From positions 3,532-67,531 of the forward strand of contig JBBDXN010000144.1 of NCBI GenBank assembly GCA_040902305.1: DNA of 64,000 nt, given 5' to 3'. Shown here piece by piece: positions 25,258 through 35,263 of this stretch. Below the pieces are notes generated by a model. That model was not told where the DNA came from. It made no database searches and saw nothing but the letters and a program-made list of their open reading frames with translations. The position numbers and the translations under genes were made by a program. Position 1 is the first letter of the stretch; each line of letters opens with the position of its first letter. The DNA is from Candidatus Rokuibacteriota bacterium (lineage in GTDB: Bacteria; Methylomirabilota; Methylomirabilia; Rokubacteriales; CSP1-6).

Positions 25258-26280
25258 ATGGCGACACGGCGAGCGAGGCGAGGCGGGTCCCGGATCCTGG
25301 CGGTGGCGCTGGGCGTGGCCGCCTGGGGCCTGATCGCGGCGGCCCAGGCGGACGAGGTCATGGTGTACACGGCTCGGGCGCACTATGGGCAGGAGCCGGT
25401 GATGGAAGCCTTCACGAAGAAGACCGGCATCGCGGTCCGAAGCTTCGGCGGCGAGTCCGGCGCGCTGTTCGAGCGCCTGAAGGCCGAGGGCGACAAGACG
25501 CCGGCCGACGTGCTGATCAGCGTCGATGCGGGTAACCTCTGGAACGCGGCGCGCGCCGGGCTGCTCGGCAAGATGGATTCGCCCGAGGTCGTGGCCAACA
25601 TCCCGGCCCACCTGCGCGACCCCGAGAACCGGTGGGTCGGGCTCACGGTCAGGGCCCGCACCATCATGTACAACACCCAGAAAGTGAAGCCCGCGGAGCT
25701 CTCGACGTACGAGGCGCTCGGCGATCCCAGATGGAAGGGGCGGCTCTGCCTCCGTCCCTCCACCCACATCTACAATCAATCGCTGATCGCGACCATGATC
25801 AAGCGGCACGGCGAGGCCAAGGCCGAGAGCATCGTGAAGGGCTGGGTCGCCAACAATCCGACCCTGATCAACGGCGACACCAAGGTGCTGGAGGCGGTGG
25901 CGGCCGGGCAGTGCGACGTCGCCCTGACCAACAGCTACTATCTCGGGCGCATCCTCGCCAAGAACGCGACCTTCCCGGTGGCCGCCTTCTGGGCCAACCA
26001 GCAGACGACCGGGACCCACGTGAACATCTCGGGCGCCGGCGTCACCGCGCACGCCAGGAACCGGGCGGCGGCGATCAAGCTGATCGAGTTCCTGACGAGC
26101 CCCGAGGCCCAGCAGATGTTCGCCGACGCCAACTTCGAGTACCCGGCCAACCCGCAGGCGGGGGTGAACCCGGTCATCGCCAAGTGGGGCAAGTTCAAGC
26201 AGGACGACACCAACGTCGCGGCGGCGGGCGAGTTCCAGGCCGCGGCGACGAAGCTGGCGGATCGGGCGGGCTACAAGTAG
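25258..26280 (+). CDS. Fe(3+)-type ABC transporter periplasmic substrate-binding protein (FbpA/AfuA-like)
   Basis: SD GAGGGAGA. RR-containing signal peptide. Motifs VYTARAHYG..., ADVLISVDAGNLW, NSYYLGR. 340 aa. Confidence 0.85.
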   Translation: MATRRARRGGSRILAVALGVAAWGLIAAAQADEVMVYTARAHYGQEPVMEAFTKKTGIAVRSFGGESGALFERLKAEGDKTPADVLISVDAGNLWNAARAGLLGKMDSPEVVANIPAHLRDPENRWVGLTVRARTIMYNTQKVKPAELSTYEALGDPRWKGRLCLRPSTHIYNQSLIATMIKRHGEAKAESIVKGWVANNPTLINGDTKVLEAVAAGQCDVALTNSYYLGRILAKNATFPVAAFWANQQTTGTHVNISGAGVTAHARNRAAAIKLIEFLTSPEAQQMFADANFEYPANPQAGVNPVIAKWGKFKQDDTNVAAAGEFQAAATKLADRAGYK

Positions 26281-26287
26281 CTCCGAC

Positions 26288-27943
26288 GTGGCGGTAGGGC
26301 CCGCGGCCCGCGTGCTCGCCCGGCGGCCGGCGGGGCCGTCCCTCTGGACCTGGCTCGCGGTGGGCATCGCGACGGTGCTCGCGGTGCCCATCGCGGCGGT
26401 CGTTTCCTCGCTGGCCATTCCCTCGGGCGACGTCTGGCTCCATCTGTGGCGCACCCAGCTCCTCGAGCTGATCGGCCAGACCCTCATGCTGCTGGTCGGG
26501 GTCGGCGCCGGGACCCTGGTCGTGGGCGGCGGGCTCGCCTGGCTCGTCGTGCACCATCGCTTCCCCGGCCGCGGGGTGCTCGAGTGGGCGCTGATCCTGC
26601 CGCTGGCGGTGCCGGCCTACGTGATCGGCTTCGCGTTCATCGGGCTCTTCGAGTACTCGGGCCCGGTGCAGGGGGCGCTGCGCGGCTGGCTCGGCGCGGG
26701 CGCGCGGCTGCCCGAGATCCGCTCCTACGGGGGCGTGGTGGGCATGATGACGCTGGTGTTCTACCCCTACGTTTACCTGCTGGCGCGCGTCGCGTTCCGC
26801 GAGCAGGGGGCCGCCGCGGTGGAGATTGCCCGAATGTTGGGCCGCTCGCGTGCCGGCGCGTTCCTCCGGATCACGGTGCCGCTGGCGCGACCGGCGCTGG
26901 TGGCCGGCGTGGCCCTGGCGATGATGGAGGCTCTCGCCGACTTCGGCACCGTCGCCACCTTCGGCTACCGCACGCTCACCGAGGCGATCTACCGGGTCTG
27001 GTACGGGATGTTCGACCGCATCGCGGCCACCCAGCTCGCCAGCGTGCTGCTCCTCTTCGCGGCGGGCCTGCTGCTACTCGAGCGCCACTCCCGCGGCCGG
27101 GCGCGTTTCACCCAGACCGGGCGGCGCGGGCCAGCGGTGGAGGCGGTGCGCCTCTCCCGCTGGCGGGCCGCCGCCGCGACGGGCGCCTGCGTGGGGGTGC
27201 TCGCGCTCGCCTTCCTGCTGCCGGTGGGCCAGCTCGCGTGGTGGGCGGTCGCGGCGGTCCGCGCGGGGCAGGTGGCGCCGGACTTCGCGGGGCTCCTCTG
27301 GCACACCTGCGTCCTCGCGGGCATCACCGCCGCGGTCGCCTCCCTGCTGGCGGTGCTGCTCGCCTACGCGGGCCGTTTGCACGGCACCGCCACGGTGCGC
27401 GTGGCGGCCCAGCTCGCGTCCATGGGCTACGCGCTGCCCGGCGCGGTGATCGCGGTCGGGGTGCTGCTGCCGCTCGCGTGGGCCGACCACGCGCTCGTGC
27501 CGCCGCTCGAGCGGGCGCTGGGCCGGCCGCTGGGGCTACTGCTCACCGGCTCCGCCGCCGGTCTGATCCTCGCCTACGTGGTGCGCTTCCTCGCGGTCGG
27601 ACTGCAGACCGTGGACGCGAGCCTCGCCAAGATCCCGCCGAGCCTCGACGACGCGGCGCGGATGCTGGGGGCCCGGCCGGGGTCGGCGCTGCGGCGCGTG
27701 CATCTTCCGCTCGTGCGGGGCGGGCTGCTGACCGCGGTCGTGCTCGTCTTCGTGGAGACCATGAAGGAGATGCCGGCCACCCTGCTGCTCCGTCCGATCG
27801 GGCTCAATACCCTCGCGGTGGAGATCTGGGAGCGTACCTCCGAGGCGATGTGGCAGGAGGCCGCGGTGCCCGCGCTGACCCTGGTCGGGGTGGGCCTGCT
27901 GCCGGTGGTGTTGCTGATCCGGCTGACGTCGTCGCGCCGGTAA
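26288..27943 (+). CDS. Fe(3+)-type ABC transporter permease (duplicated 2x6-TM, FbpB-like)
   Basis: 551 aa. Two EAA-loop-like regions (AAVEIARMLGRSRAGAF and LDDAARMLGARPGSAL). GTG start is 8 nt after the SBP stop. Confidence 0.88.
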   Translation: MAVGPAARVLARRPAGPSLWTWLAVGIATVLAVPIAAVVSSLAIPSGDVWLHLWRTQLLELIGQTLMLLVGVGAGTLVVGGGLAWLVVHHRFPGRGVLEWALILPLAVPAYVIGFAFIGLFEYSGPVQGALRGWLGAGARLPEIRSYGGVVGMMTLVFYPYVYLLARVAFREQGAAAVEIARMLGRSRAGAFLRITVPLARPALVAGVALAMMEALADFGTVATFGYRTLTEAIYRVWYGMFDRIAATQLASVLLLFAAGLLLLERHSRGRARFTQTGRRGPAVEAVRLSRWRAAAATGACVGVLALAFLLPVGQLAWWAVAAVRAGQVAPDFAGLLWHTCVLAGITAAVASLLAVLLAYAGRLHGTATVRVAAQLASMGYALPGAVIAVGVLLPLAWADHALVPPLERALGRPLGLLLTGSAAGLILAYVVRFLAVGLQTVDASLAKIPPSLDDAARMLGARPGSALRRVHLPLVRGGLLTAVVLVFVETMKEMPATLLLRPIGLNTLAVEIWERTSEAMWQEAAVPALTLVGVGLLPVVLLIRLTSSRR

Positions 27944-27955
27944 CTTGAGGACCAT

Positions 27956-27999
27956 CCCTCACCCTGCCCTCTCCCCGGAGGGGCGAGGGGGATGAGGCG
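27956..27999. terminator. Imperfect GC hairpin between convergent genes (candidate bidirectional terminator)
   Basis: CCTCA-CCCTG-CCCTCTCCCC-GGA-GGGGCGAGGG-GGA-TGAGG. There is no clear U-tract on either strand. Confidence 0.4.
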
Positions 28000-28002
28000 G
28001 GA

Positions 28003-29031
28003 CTACCTTTCAAAGGCGACGACGTGGAGCACGTGGGCCTCGGGCCGTACCCGCATGCCGGTCGGGAGCACCGAGGCCGAGGGCTGCGAGGAGTGGACCC
28101 GATCGCCCGAGGGCAGCCGGATGCAGTACACCGTCTCCGAGCCCCGGAAGTACCGCCGGGTGATCACCCCGGTCCCGTCCGCCTGCGGCACGAAGGTGAT
28201 GTCGTCGGGGCGGATCATCACGTCCACCGGGCCGCCCTGCGGGAGCTGGTCCACGTTGGCGAAGGTACCCACCTCGGTCACGATCCCCTGCGAGGTCACC
28301 ACGCCGGGGAGGAAGTCGGCGGCACCCACGAACGCGGCCACGAAGCGCGTGGCCGGACGGTGATAGAGCTCCTGCGGTGGCGCGACCTGCTCGATGCGCC
28401 CGGCCTGGAGTACACCCACGCGATCGGCCAGCGTGAACGCCTCCTCCTGGTCGTGGGTGACGAACACCGCGGTGGTGCGGCTCGTCCGGAGGATGCGCTC
28501 CACCTCGTCGCGCATCTGGGTGCGGAGGTCGGCGTCCAGGTTGGAGAAAGGCTCGTCGAGGAGCATCAGGGCGGGGGCGGGGGCCAGGGCCCGCGCGAGG
28601 GCCACCCGCTGCTGCTGCCCGCCCGACAGCTCGTGCGGGTAGCGCGGACCGAAGCCGCCCAGCCCGACCAGGTCGAGGACCTCGTCGACCCGGGGCCGGC
28701 GGGCCGCGCGCGGCAGGCCGAACGCCACGTTGTCGTCGACGGTCAGGTGGGGAAACAGCGCGTACTCCTGGAAGACGATGCCGATGCCCCGCTCCTCGGG
28801 CGGCACCGCGCGGCCGGGCCCGGCCACCACCTGACCGCGCAGGGTGATGGAGCCCGCGTCGGGGGTCTCGAGGCCGGCGATGAGGCGCAGCGTGGTGGTC
28901 TTGCCGCAGCCCGAGGGGCCGAGCAGCGCGAGGATCTCGCCCTCGGCCACGCGGAGCGAGAGGCCGTCCACCGCGGGCGGCTCCGTCGCGCTGAAATGCT
29001 TGGTGACCCGGTCGAGGATCAGAGGATCCAC
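28003..29031 (-). CDS. ABC transporter ATP-binding protein, FbpC/PotA-type with TOBE-like C-terminal domain
   Basis: GTG at 29031, 2 nt after the upstream stop. Walker A GPSGCGKTT. Signature LSGGQQQRVALARAL. Walker B LMLLDEPFSNLD. Only the last 342 codons of the listed 585-aa ORF look real. Confidence 0.9.
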   Translation of the reverse strand: MDPLILDRVTKHFSATEPPAVDGLSLRVAEGEILALLGPSGCGKTTTLRLIAGLETPDAGSITLRGQVVAGPGRAVPPEERGIGIVFQEYALFPHLTVDDNVAFGLPRAARRPRVDEVLDLVGLGGFGPRYPHELSGGQQQRVALARALAPAPALMLLDEPFSNLDADLRTQMRDEVERILRTSRTTAVFVTHDQEEAFTLADRVGVLQAGRIEQVAPPQELYHRPATRFVAAFVGAADFLPGVVTSQGIVTEVGTFANVDQLPQGGPVDVMIRPDDITFVPQADGTGVITRRYFRGSETVYCIRLPSGDRVHSSQPSASVLPTGMRVRPEAHVLHVVAFER

Positions 29032-29033
29032 GG

Positions 29034-30029
29034 CTAGCCGCGCGCCAAGACCTCGGGATTGACCGGGGTCGGCGGCGTCTTGCCTTCCAGCACGGCCAGG
29101 CAGTTCTCCACCGCCAGCGTCGCCATCTTGAGGCGCGTCTCGTGCGAGGCGCTGGCGATGTGGGGAGCCAGCACCACGTTGGGCAGCCCGATGAGGCCCG
29201 GGTGTACCTTCGGCTCCTCCTCGAAGACGTCGAGGCCCGCGCCCGCGATCCGGCCCTCGGCGAGGGCCTGGACGAGCGCGGCCTCGTCCACCACCGGACC
29301 CCGCGCGGCATTGATCAGGTACGCGGTCTTCTTCATGGTCCGCAGCGACTCGGCATTGATCAGGTGGCGGGTCTCGGGGCTGAGCGGGGTGTGCAGGGTC
29401 ACGAAGTCGGACTCCCGCAGGAGGGTGGCGAGGTCGACGCGGGTGGCGTTGAGCTCGCGCTCGATGGCGGCGTCGGCGGCCACCGCGTCCTGGTAGAGCA
29501 CGCGCATGCCGAAGCCCAGGGCGCGCCGGGCCATGGCGCGGCCGATGCGGCCGAACCCGACCACCCCGAGGGTCTTGCCGTGGATGTCGCCGCCCAGCAA
29601 CAGCATGTATTCCCACTGGTCGAACCGGCCCTCGCGGGTGTAACGATCCGCCTCCACCAGCCGGCGGGCCGTCGCCATGAGCAGCGTCCAGGCGAAGTCG
29701 GCGGTGGTGTCGGTCAGCACGTCGGGGGTGTTGGTGACCACGACGCCGCGCCGGCTGCACGCGGCGACGTCGACGTTGTTGTAGCCCACCGCGACGTTGG
29801 AAACCACGCGCAGCGAGGGGCAGGCCGCGAGCAGCGCCTCATCGATGCCCTCGCTGATCACGCAGATGAGCCCGTGCTTGCCGGCCAGACGCGTCAGGAG
29901 CTCGGCGCGCGGCATGGGCGCGTCCTTGCCGTACGCATCGACCTCGGCCCGGCTGCGCGCGAGCCGGACGGCCGGCTCCGGTAGGAGACGGGAGATCAGG
30001 ATCGCGGGTTTGCCGGCGCCGGTGGTCAT
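29034..30029 (-). CDS. D-2-hydroxyacid dehydrogenase (glyoxylate/hydroxypyruvate reductase-like)
   Basis: NAD fold GVVGFGRIGRAMARR. Motifs INAARGPVVDE, LDVFEEEP, PHIASAS. 331 aa. Confidence 0.9.
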   Translation of the reverse strand: MTTGAGKPAILISRLLPEPAVRLARSRAEVDAYGKDAPMPRAELLTRLAGKHGLICVISEGIDEALLAACPSLRVVSNVAVGYNNVDVAACSRRGVVVTNTPDVLTDTTADFAWTLLMATARRLVEADRYTREGRFDQWEYMLLLGGDIHGKTLGVVGFGRIGRAMARRALGFGMRVLYQDAVAADAAIERELNATRVDLATLLRESDFVTLHTPLSPETRHLINAESLRTMKKTAYLINAARGPVVDEAALVQALAEGRIAGAGLDVFEEEPKVHPGLIGLPNVVLAPHIASASHETRLKMATLAVENCLAVLEGKTPPTPVNPEVLARG

Positions 30030-30072
30030 GGGCTATCTTCCCAAGGTGTTTATTTTAAAGGTCATTTTAGAT

Positions 30073-30100
30073 TTGACTTCGCCGAGACCGCTGTTATATT
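30073..30100 (+). promoter_or_regulatory. Sigma-70 promoter of groES-groEL
   Basis: TTGACT (30073-78), 16-nt spacer, TATATT (30095-30100). It overlaps the CIRCE element. Confidence 0.75.
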
Positions 30101-30125
30101 AGCACTCGGCGTGGTTGAGTGCTAA
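30099..30125 (+). promoter_or_regulatory. CIRCE operator (HrcA binding site)
   Basis: TTAGCACTC-GGCGTGGTT-GAGTGCTAA is a perfect match to the consensus TTAGCACTC-N9-GAGTGCTAA. Confidence 0.94.
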
Positions 30126-30187
30126 GCCCCGCAGAGCGGGACCAGCCCGCAAGGCCCAACATCTTACTATCGGGAGGCGCGTTGACT

Positions 30188-30475
30188 ATGAAGATTCGTC
30201 CGTTGCATGACCGAATCCTCGTGAAGCGGGAGGAGGAGAAAGAGGTCAAGAAGGGCGGGATCATCATCCCGGACACCGCGAAGGAGAAGCCCCAGGAGGG
30301 CAAGGTCGTCGCGGTGGGGGGCGGGAAGGTGAACGAGGACGGCAAGAAGATCCCCCTGGACGTGAAGGCGGGCGACAAGATCCTCTTCGGCAAGTACTCG
30401 GGCTCCGAGGTCAAGCTGGACGACGAGGAGTACCTGATCCTGCGTGAAGAGGACGTGCTCGCCATCATCGAGTAG
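30188..30475 (+). CDS. groES: Co-chaperonin GroES
   Basis: [44 protein letters not shown]... GGGAGG SD upstream. The upstream 23 codons of the listed ORF cover the CIRCE element and are not coding. Confidence 0.97.
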   Translation: MKIRPLHDRILVKREEEKEVKKGGIIIPDTAKEKPQEGKVVAVGGGKVNEDGKKIPLDVKAGDKILFGKYSGSEVKLDDEEYLILREEDVLAIIE

Positions 30476-30578
30476 CCGGAGCAGCCGTCGCCGGAGATCG
30501 TCGAGCGCAACGAAACGAACCCGACCGGCCCCGCGTGGGCACGGTCAATTCCATCGAGTCGCGAGGAGGAGAACCAGA

Positions 30579-32198
<1,620 letters not shown>

Positions 32199-32231
32199 AC
32201 CCGCCGTAGACCGCGACCGGGTGCGGGAGGC

Positions 32232-32270
32232 GGCCCTTGCCGGAACACGGCAAGGGCCGTTCCCTTTTGT
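32232..32270 (+). terminator. Intrinsic terminator of groESL
   Basis: GGCCCTTGCCG-GAACA-CGGCAAGGGCC (11-bp stem) followed by GTTCCCTTTTGT. Confidence 0.78.
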
Positions 32271-32347
32271 CCACTCTTGACCCGGGTTGTCTTTGGCGGC
32301 AGGCTCTGGTAACGTTAGCGCTTCAAAGCGTCGAAATAGCTGAGGAG

Positions 32348-32707
32348 GTGAGTGTTCTGTACCCGTACGAGACCCTACTGATTTTCGACCCGCGGCTCCC
32401 CGAGGAGGACATGACCGCCCTCCTGTCCAAGCTGCAGGAGACCGTCAAGTCGCTCGGGGGTGAGGTGGCCAAGGCGGAGAGCTGGGGCAAGCGGCGGCTC
32501 GCCTACGAGATCCGCAAGCAGCGAGAAGGCACCTACGCGGTCATCGAGTGCAAGGCGGAACCGACCACGATCAAGGAGTTCGAGCGCCAGCTCAAGCTCA
32601 ACGAACAGGTCCTCCGGTACTTCACGACCCGCGTCCCCGCACCCAAGCGGATCCGGTCGGCGCCGAAGCCGTCGGCGCCGGCGCCGACGGTGGAGGAGGC
32701 TGTCTGA
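32348..32707 (+). CDS. rpsF: 30S ribosomal protein S6 (start codon ambiguous: GTG 32348 or CTG 32357)
   Basis: LYPYETLLIFDPRLPEEDMTALLSKLQE...WGKRRLAYEI matches the S6 pattern. The SD GAGGAGGTG sits directly on the GTG but at ideal distance from the CTG. Confidence 0.9.
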   Translation: MSVLYPYETLLIFDPRLPEEDMTALLSKLQETVKSLGGEVAKAESWGKRRLAYEIRKQREGTYAVIECKAEPTTIKEFERQLKLNEQVLRYFTTRVPAPKRIRSAPKPSAPAPTVEEAV

Positions 32708-33117
32708 TGGCGAACCTGAACCGAGTCTTCCTGATGGGTAACCTGACCAGGACCCCGGAGCTGCGATACACCCCCAGCGGCACCGCGGTGGCCGATCTCC
32801 GGCTGGCCGTCAACCGCAACTACACGACGCAGGGCGGGGAGAAGCGCGAAGAGACCTGCTTCCTCACGGTGGTGGTGTGGGGCAAGCAGGCCGAGAGCTG
32901 CGGCGAGTATCTCGACAAGGGCAGCCCGATCATGGTCGAGGGCCGCCTGCAGACCCGCGATTGGGAAACGAAGGACGGCCAGAAGCGCAGTGTCGTCGAG
33001 GTCGTCGCGGAGCGCGTGCAGTTCATGGGACGCAGCAAGTCCGCCGCCGCGTCCGCGCCCGGCGTACCCGAGCCGGTCGAGGCGGGTGGCGAAGCCGACG
33101 ACGAAGTGCCGTTCTAG
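32707..33117 (+). CDS. ssb: Single-stranded DNA-binding protein
   Basis: MANLNRVFLMGNLTRTPELRYTPSGTAVADLRLAVN... OB fold. Acidic tail ending DDEVPF. The ATG overlaps the rpsF stop. Confidence 0.95.
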   Translation: MANLNRVFLMGNLTRTPELRYTPSGTAVADLRLAVNRNYTTQGGEKREETCFLTVVVWGKQAESCGEYLDKGSPIMVEGRLQTRDWETKDGQKRSVVEVVAERVQFMGRSKSAAASAPGVPEPVEAGGEADDEVPF

Positions 33118-33147
33118 GCCGTCCCGTTCCAAGAGGAGGAACACGCC

Positions 33148-33393
33148 ATTCCGCCAGGTGGGAAGCCCGTCAAGCGGCGCCGATTCGGTCGCCGCAAGGT
33201 TTGCAAGTTCTGCGTGGACAAGGTCAGCCTGATCGACCACAAGGATATCCGCCGGCTCCGGAGCTTCGTGTCGGAGCGAGGCAAGATCACCCCGCGCCGT
33301 ATCTCGGGGAGCTGCGCCCGCCACCAGCGGCAGCTCACTCGCGCCGTCCGGCGCGCCCGCACGGTGGCCTTGCTGGCCCAGAGCTCGGACTGA
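33148..33393 (+). CDS. rpsR: 30S ribosomal protein S18, probable AUU start (not in the ORF track)
   Basis: My own translation gives (I)[86 protein letters not shown] (33134-39) lies 8 nt before ATT 33148. There is no in-frame ATG/GTG/TTG between the ssb stop and the conserved RRKxCxFC region. Confidence 0.85.
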   Translation: MPPGGKPVKRRRFGRRKVCKFCVDKVSLIDHKDIRRLRSFVSERGKITPRRISGSCARHQRQLTRAVRRARTVALLAQSSD

Positions 33394-33415
33394 GTGGGCG
33401 AGTGAGGAGCGGGTC

Positions 33416-33859
33416 ATGAAAATCATCCTGATGGACGATGTGCCGACCCTGGGGCGCCGCGGCGAGGTGCGCGACGTCTCCGACGGCTACGCGCGCAATT
33501 TCCTGCTGCCCCAGAAGCTCGCCCTCCACGCCACCCCCGCCAATCTCAAGAACATCGAGCAGATCAAGGCGCGCCAGGATGCCCAGGCCGTCAAGCTGCG
33601 GGCCGACGCGCAGGGCCAGGCCCACGCGATCGAGGCCCTGCACTTCGCCCAGCGCCGGCAGGCCTCCGACGAAGGCAAGCTGTTCGGCTCGGTGGGTCGC
33701 GCCGACGTGGCGAGCTTCCTGTCCCAGCACGGCATCGAGATCGAGCGGCGTCGGATCGGACTCGACGAGCCCATCAAGACGCTCGGCGAGTTCACGGTGC
33801 CGGTGCGCCTGCACGCCGACATCACCGCCCGGCTCAAGGTGTCCGTCGCCCGCGAGTAG
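33416..33859 (+). CDS. rplI: 50S ribosomal protein L9
   Basis: MKIILMDDVPTLGRRGEVRDVSDGYARNFLLPQKLA is a classical L9 N-terminus. 147 aa. Confidence 0.95.
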   Translation: MKIILMDDVPTLGRRGEVRDVSDGYARNFLLPQKLALHATPANLKNIEQIKARQDAQAVKLRADAQGQAHAIEALHFAQRRQASDEGKLFGSVGRADVASFLSQHGIEIERRRIGLDEPIKTLGEFTVPVRLHADITARLKVSVARE

Positions 33860-33861
33860 CC

Positions 33862-35220
33862 GTGGCCACGCTGACCGACCTGCTCACCTCCAAGATCCCT
33901 CCCCATAGCCTGGAGGCGGAGCGGGCCGTCCTGGGGGCGATCCTGCTGGAGCGGGAGAGCCTGCCCAAGGCCATCGAGCTGCTCAAGCCCGCCGACTTCT
34001 ACAAGGAAGGGCACCGGAAGATCTTCGACGCCACCCTCGCGCTCTTCGAGCGCAACGAGCCGGTCGATCTCCTCACGGTGTCGGAGGAGCTCAAGCGGAG
34101 CGCCGCGCTGGAGGAGGTCGGCGGCGCCGCGGCCCTCGCGAGCCTGGTCGAGGAGGCGGCCACCGCCGCCCATCTCCTCTCCTACGGGGCCATCGTCCGG
34201 GAGAAGGCGCTGCTCCGCGATCTCATCCGCATCGCCACCGAGATCATCGGACAGAGCTACGAGGCGCGGGACGACGTGGACAAGCTGCTCGACGACGCCG
34301 AGCGGCTGATCTTCCAGGTCTCCGAGCGGCGGATGCAGGGCTCGGCCTTCCCGGTGCGGGCGATCCTGAAGGACACCTTCGAGCACATCGAGAAGCTCTA
34401 CGATCGCAAGGAGCACATCACCGGGCTCGCCACCGGCTTCGACGACCTCGACCGCATGACGTCGGGCTTCCAGCCCAGCGACTTCATCATCATCGCGGGC
34501 CGGCCGTCGATGGGCAAGACCGCCTTCGCGCTGAACGTCGCCAAGTACGCGGGCGTGGAGGATCACAAGCGCGTGCTCGTCATGAGCCTCGAGATGTCCA
34601 AGGAGCAGCTCGTGCAGCGGCTCCTCTGCGCCGAGGCCAAGGTGGACTCGCACAAGGTGCGCACCGGCTATCTCGACCCTCGCGATTGGACGCGGCTCAC
34701 CAACGCGGCGGGGCGGCTGGCCGAGGCGCCGATCTACATCGACGACTCGCCCGCGCTCACGGTGCTGGAGGCGCGGGCGAAAGCGCGGCGCATGAAGGCC
34801 GAGCACGGGCTCGACCTGATCGTCATCGACTACCTGCAGCTGATGCGCGGCCGCCACCAGCAGGAGAACCGCCAGCAGGAGATCTCGGAGATCTCCCGGT
34901 CGCTCAAGGCCCTGGCCAAGGAGCTGAACGTGCCGGTGGTGGCGCTGTCCCAGCTCTCCCGCGCGGTGGAGACGCGCGAGCGCAAGGAGCCCCAGCTCTC
35001 CGACCTGCGGGAGTCGGGCGCGCTCGAGCAGGACGCCGACGTGATCCTCTTCCTCTACCGGCCCGAGCGCTATGGGCTGCAGTCGGAGGACGGGGACCGG
35101 GTGGCCGACGTCATCATCGGCAAGCAGCGCAACGGGCCAACCGGCAAGATCCAGGTGACCTTCATCCCCGAGTACGCCTCCTTCGAGCGTCTGGCCAAGC
35201 GCGAGGCCCAGCCCTTCTAG
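33862..35220 (+). CDS. dnaB: Replicative DNA helicase DnaB
   Basis: PHSLEAERAVLGAILL N-terminal domain. Walker A GRPSMGKTAFALN. Motifs IVIDYLQLM, SQLSRAVE, and the Arg finger region. Confidence 0.96.
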   Translation: MATLTDLLTSKIPPHSLEAERAVLGAILLERESLPKAIELLKPADFYKEGHRKIFDATLALFERNEPVDLLTVSEELKRSAALEEVGGAAALASLVEEAATAAHLLSYGAIVREKALLRDLIRIATEIIGQSYEARDDVDKLLDDAERLIFQVSERRMQGSAFPVRAILKDTFEHIEKLYDRKEHITGLATGFDDLDRMTSGFQPSDFIIIAGRPSMGKTAFALNVAKYAGVEDHKRVLVMSLEMSKEQLVQRLLCAEAKVDSHKVRTGYLDPRDWTRLTNAAGRLAEAPIYIDDSPALTVLEARAKARRMKAEHGLDLIVIDYLQLMRGRHQQENRQQEISEISRSLKALAKELNVPVVALSQLSRAVETRERKEPQLSDLRESGALEQDADVILFLYRPERYGLQSEDGDRVADVIIGKQRNGPTGKIQVTFIPEYASFERLAKREAQPF

Positions 35221-35263
35221 GCCGGCCGCCTGGACCGTGACTCCAGGAGCTTGAGTCTCCAGG

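Noticed and set aside
32707-33393. SSB-S18 fusion by read-through, since rpsR is in the same frame as ssb and separated by a single TAG.
   Set aside because: A strong SD precedes ATT 33148. SSB ends with its functional DDEVPF tail, which must be C-terminal. Independent initiation is much more plausible.
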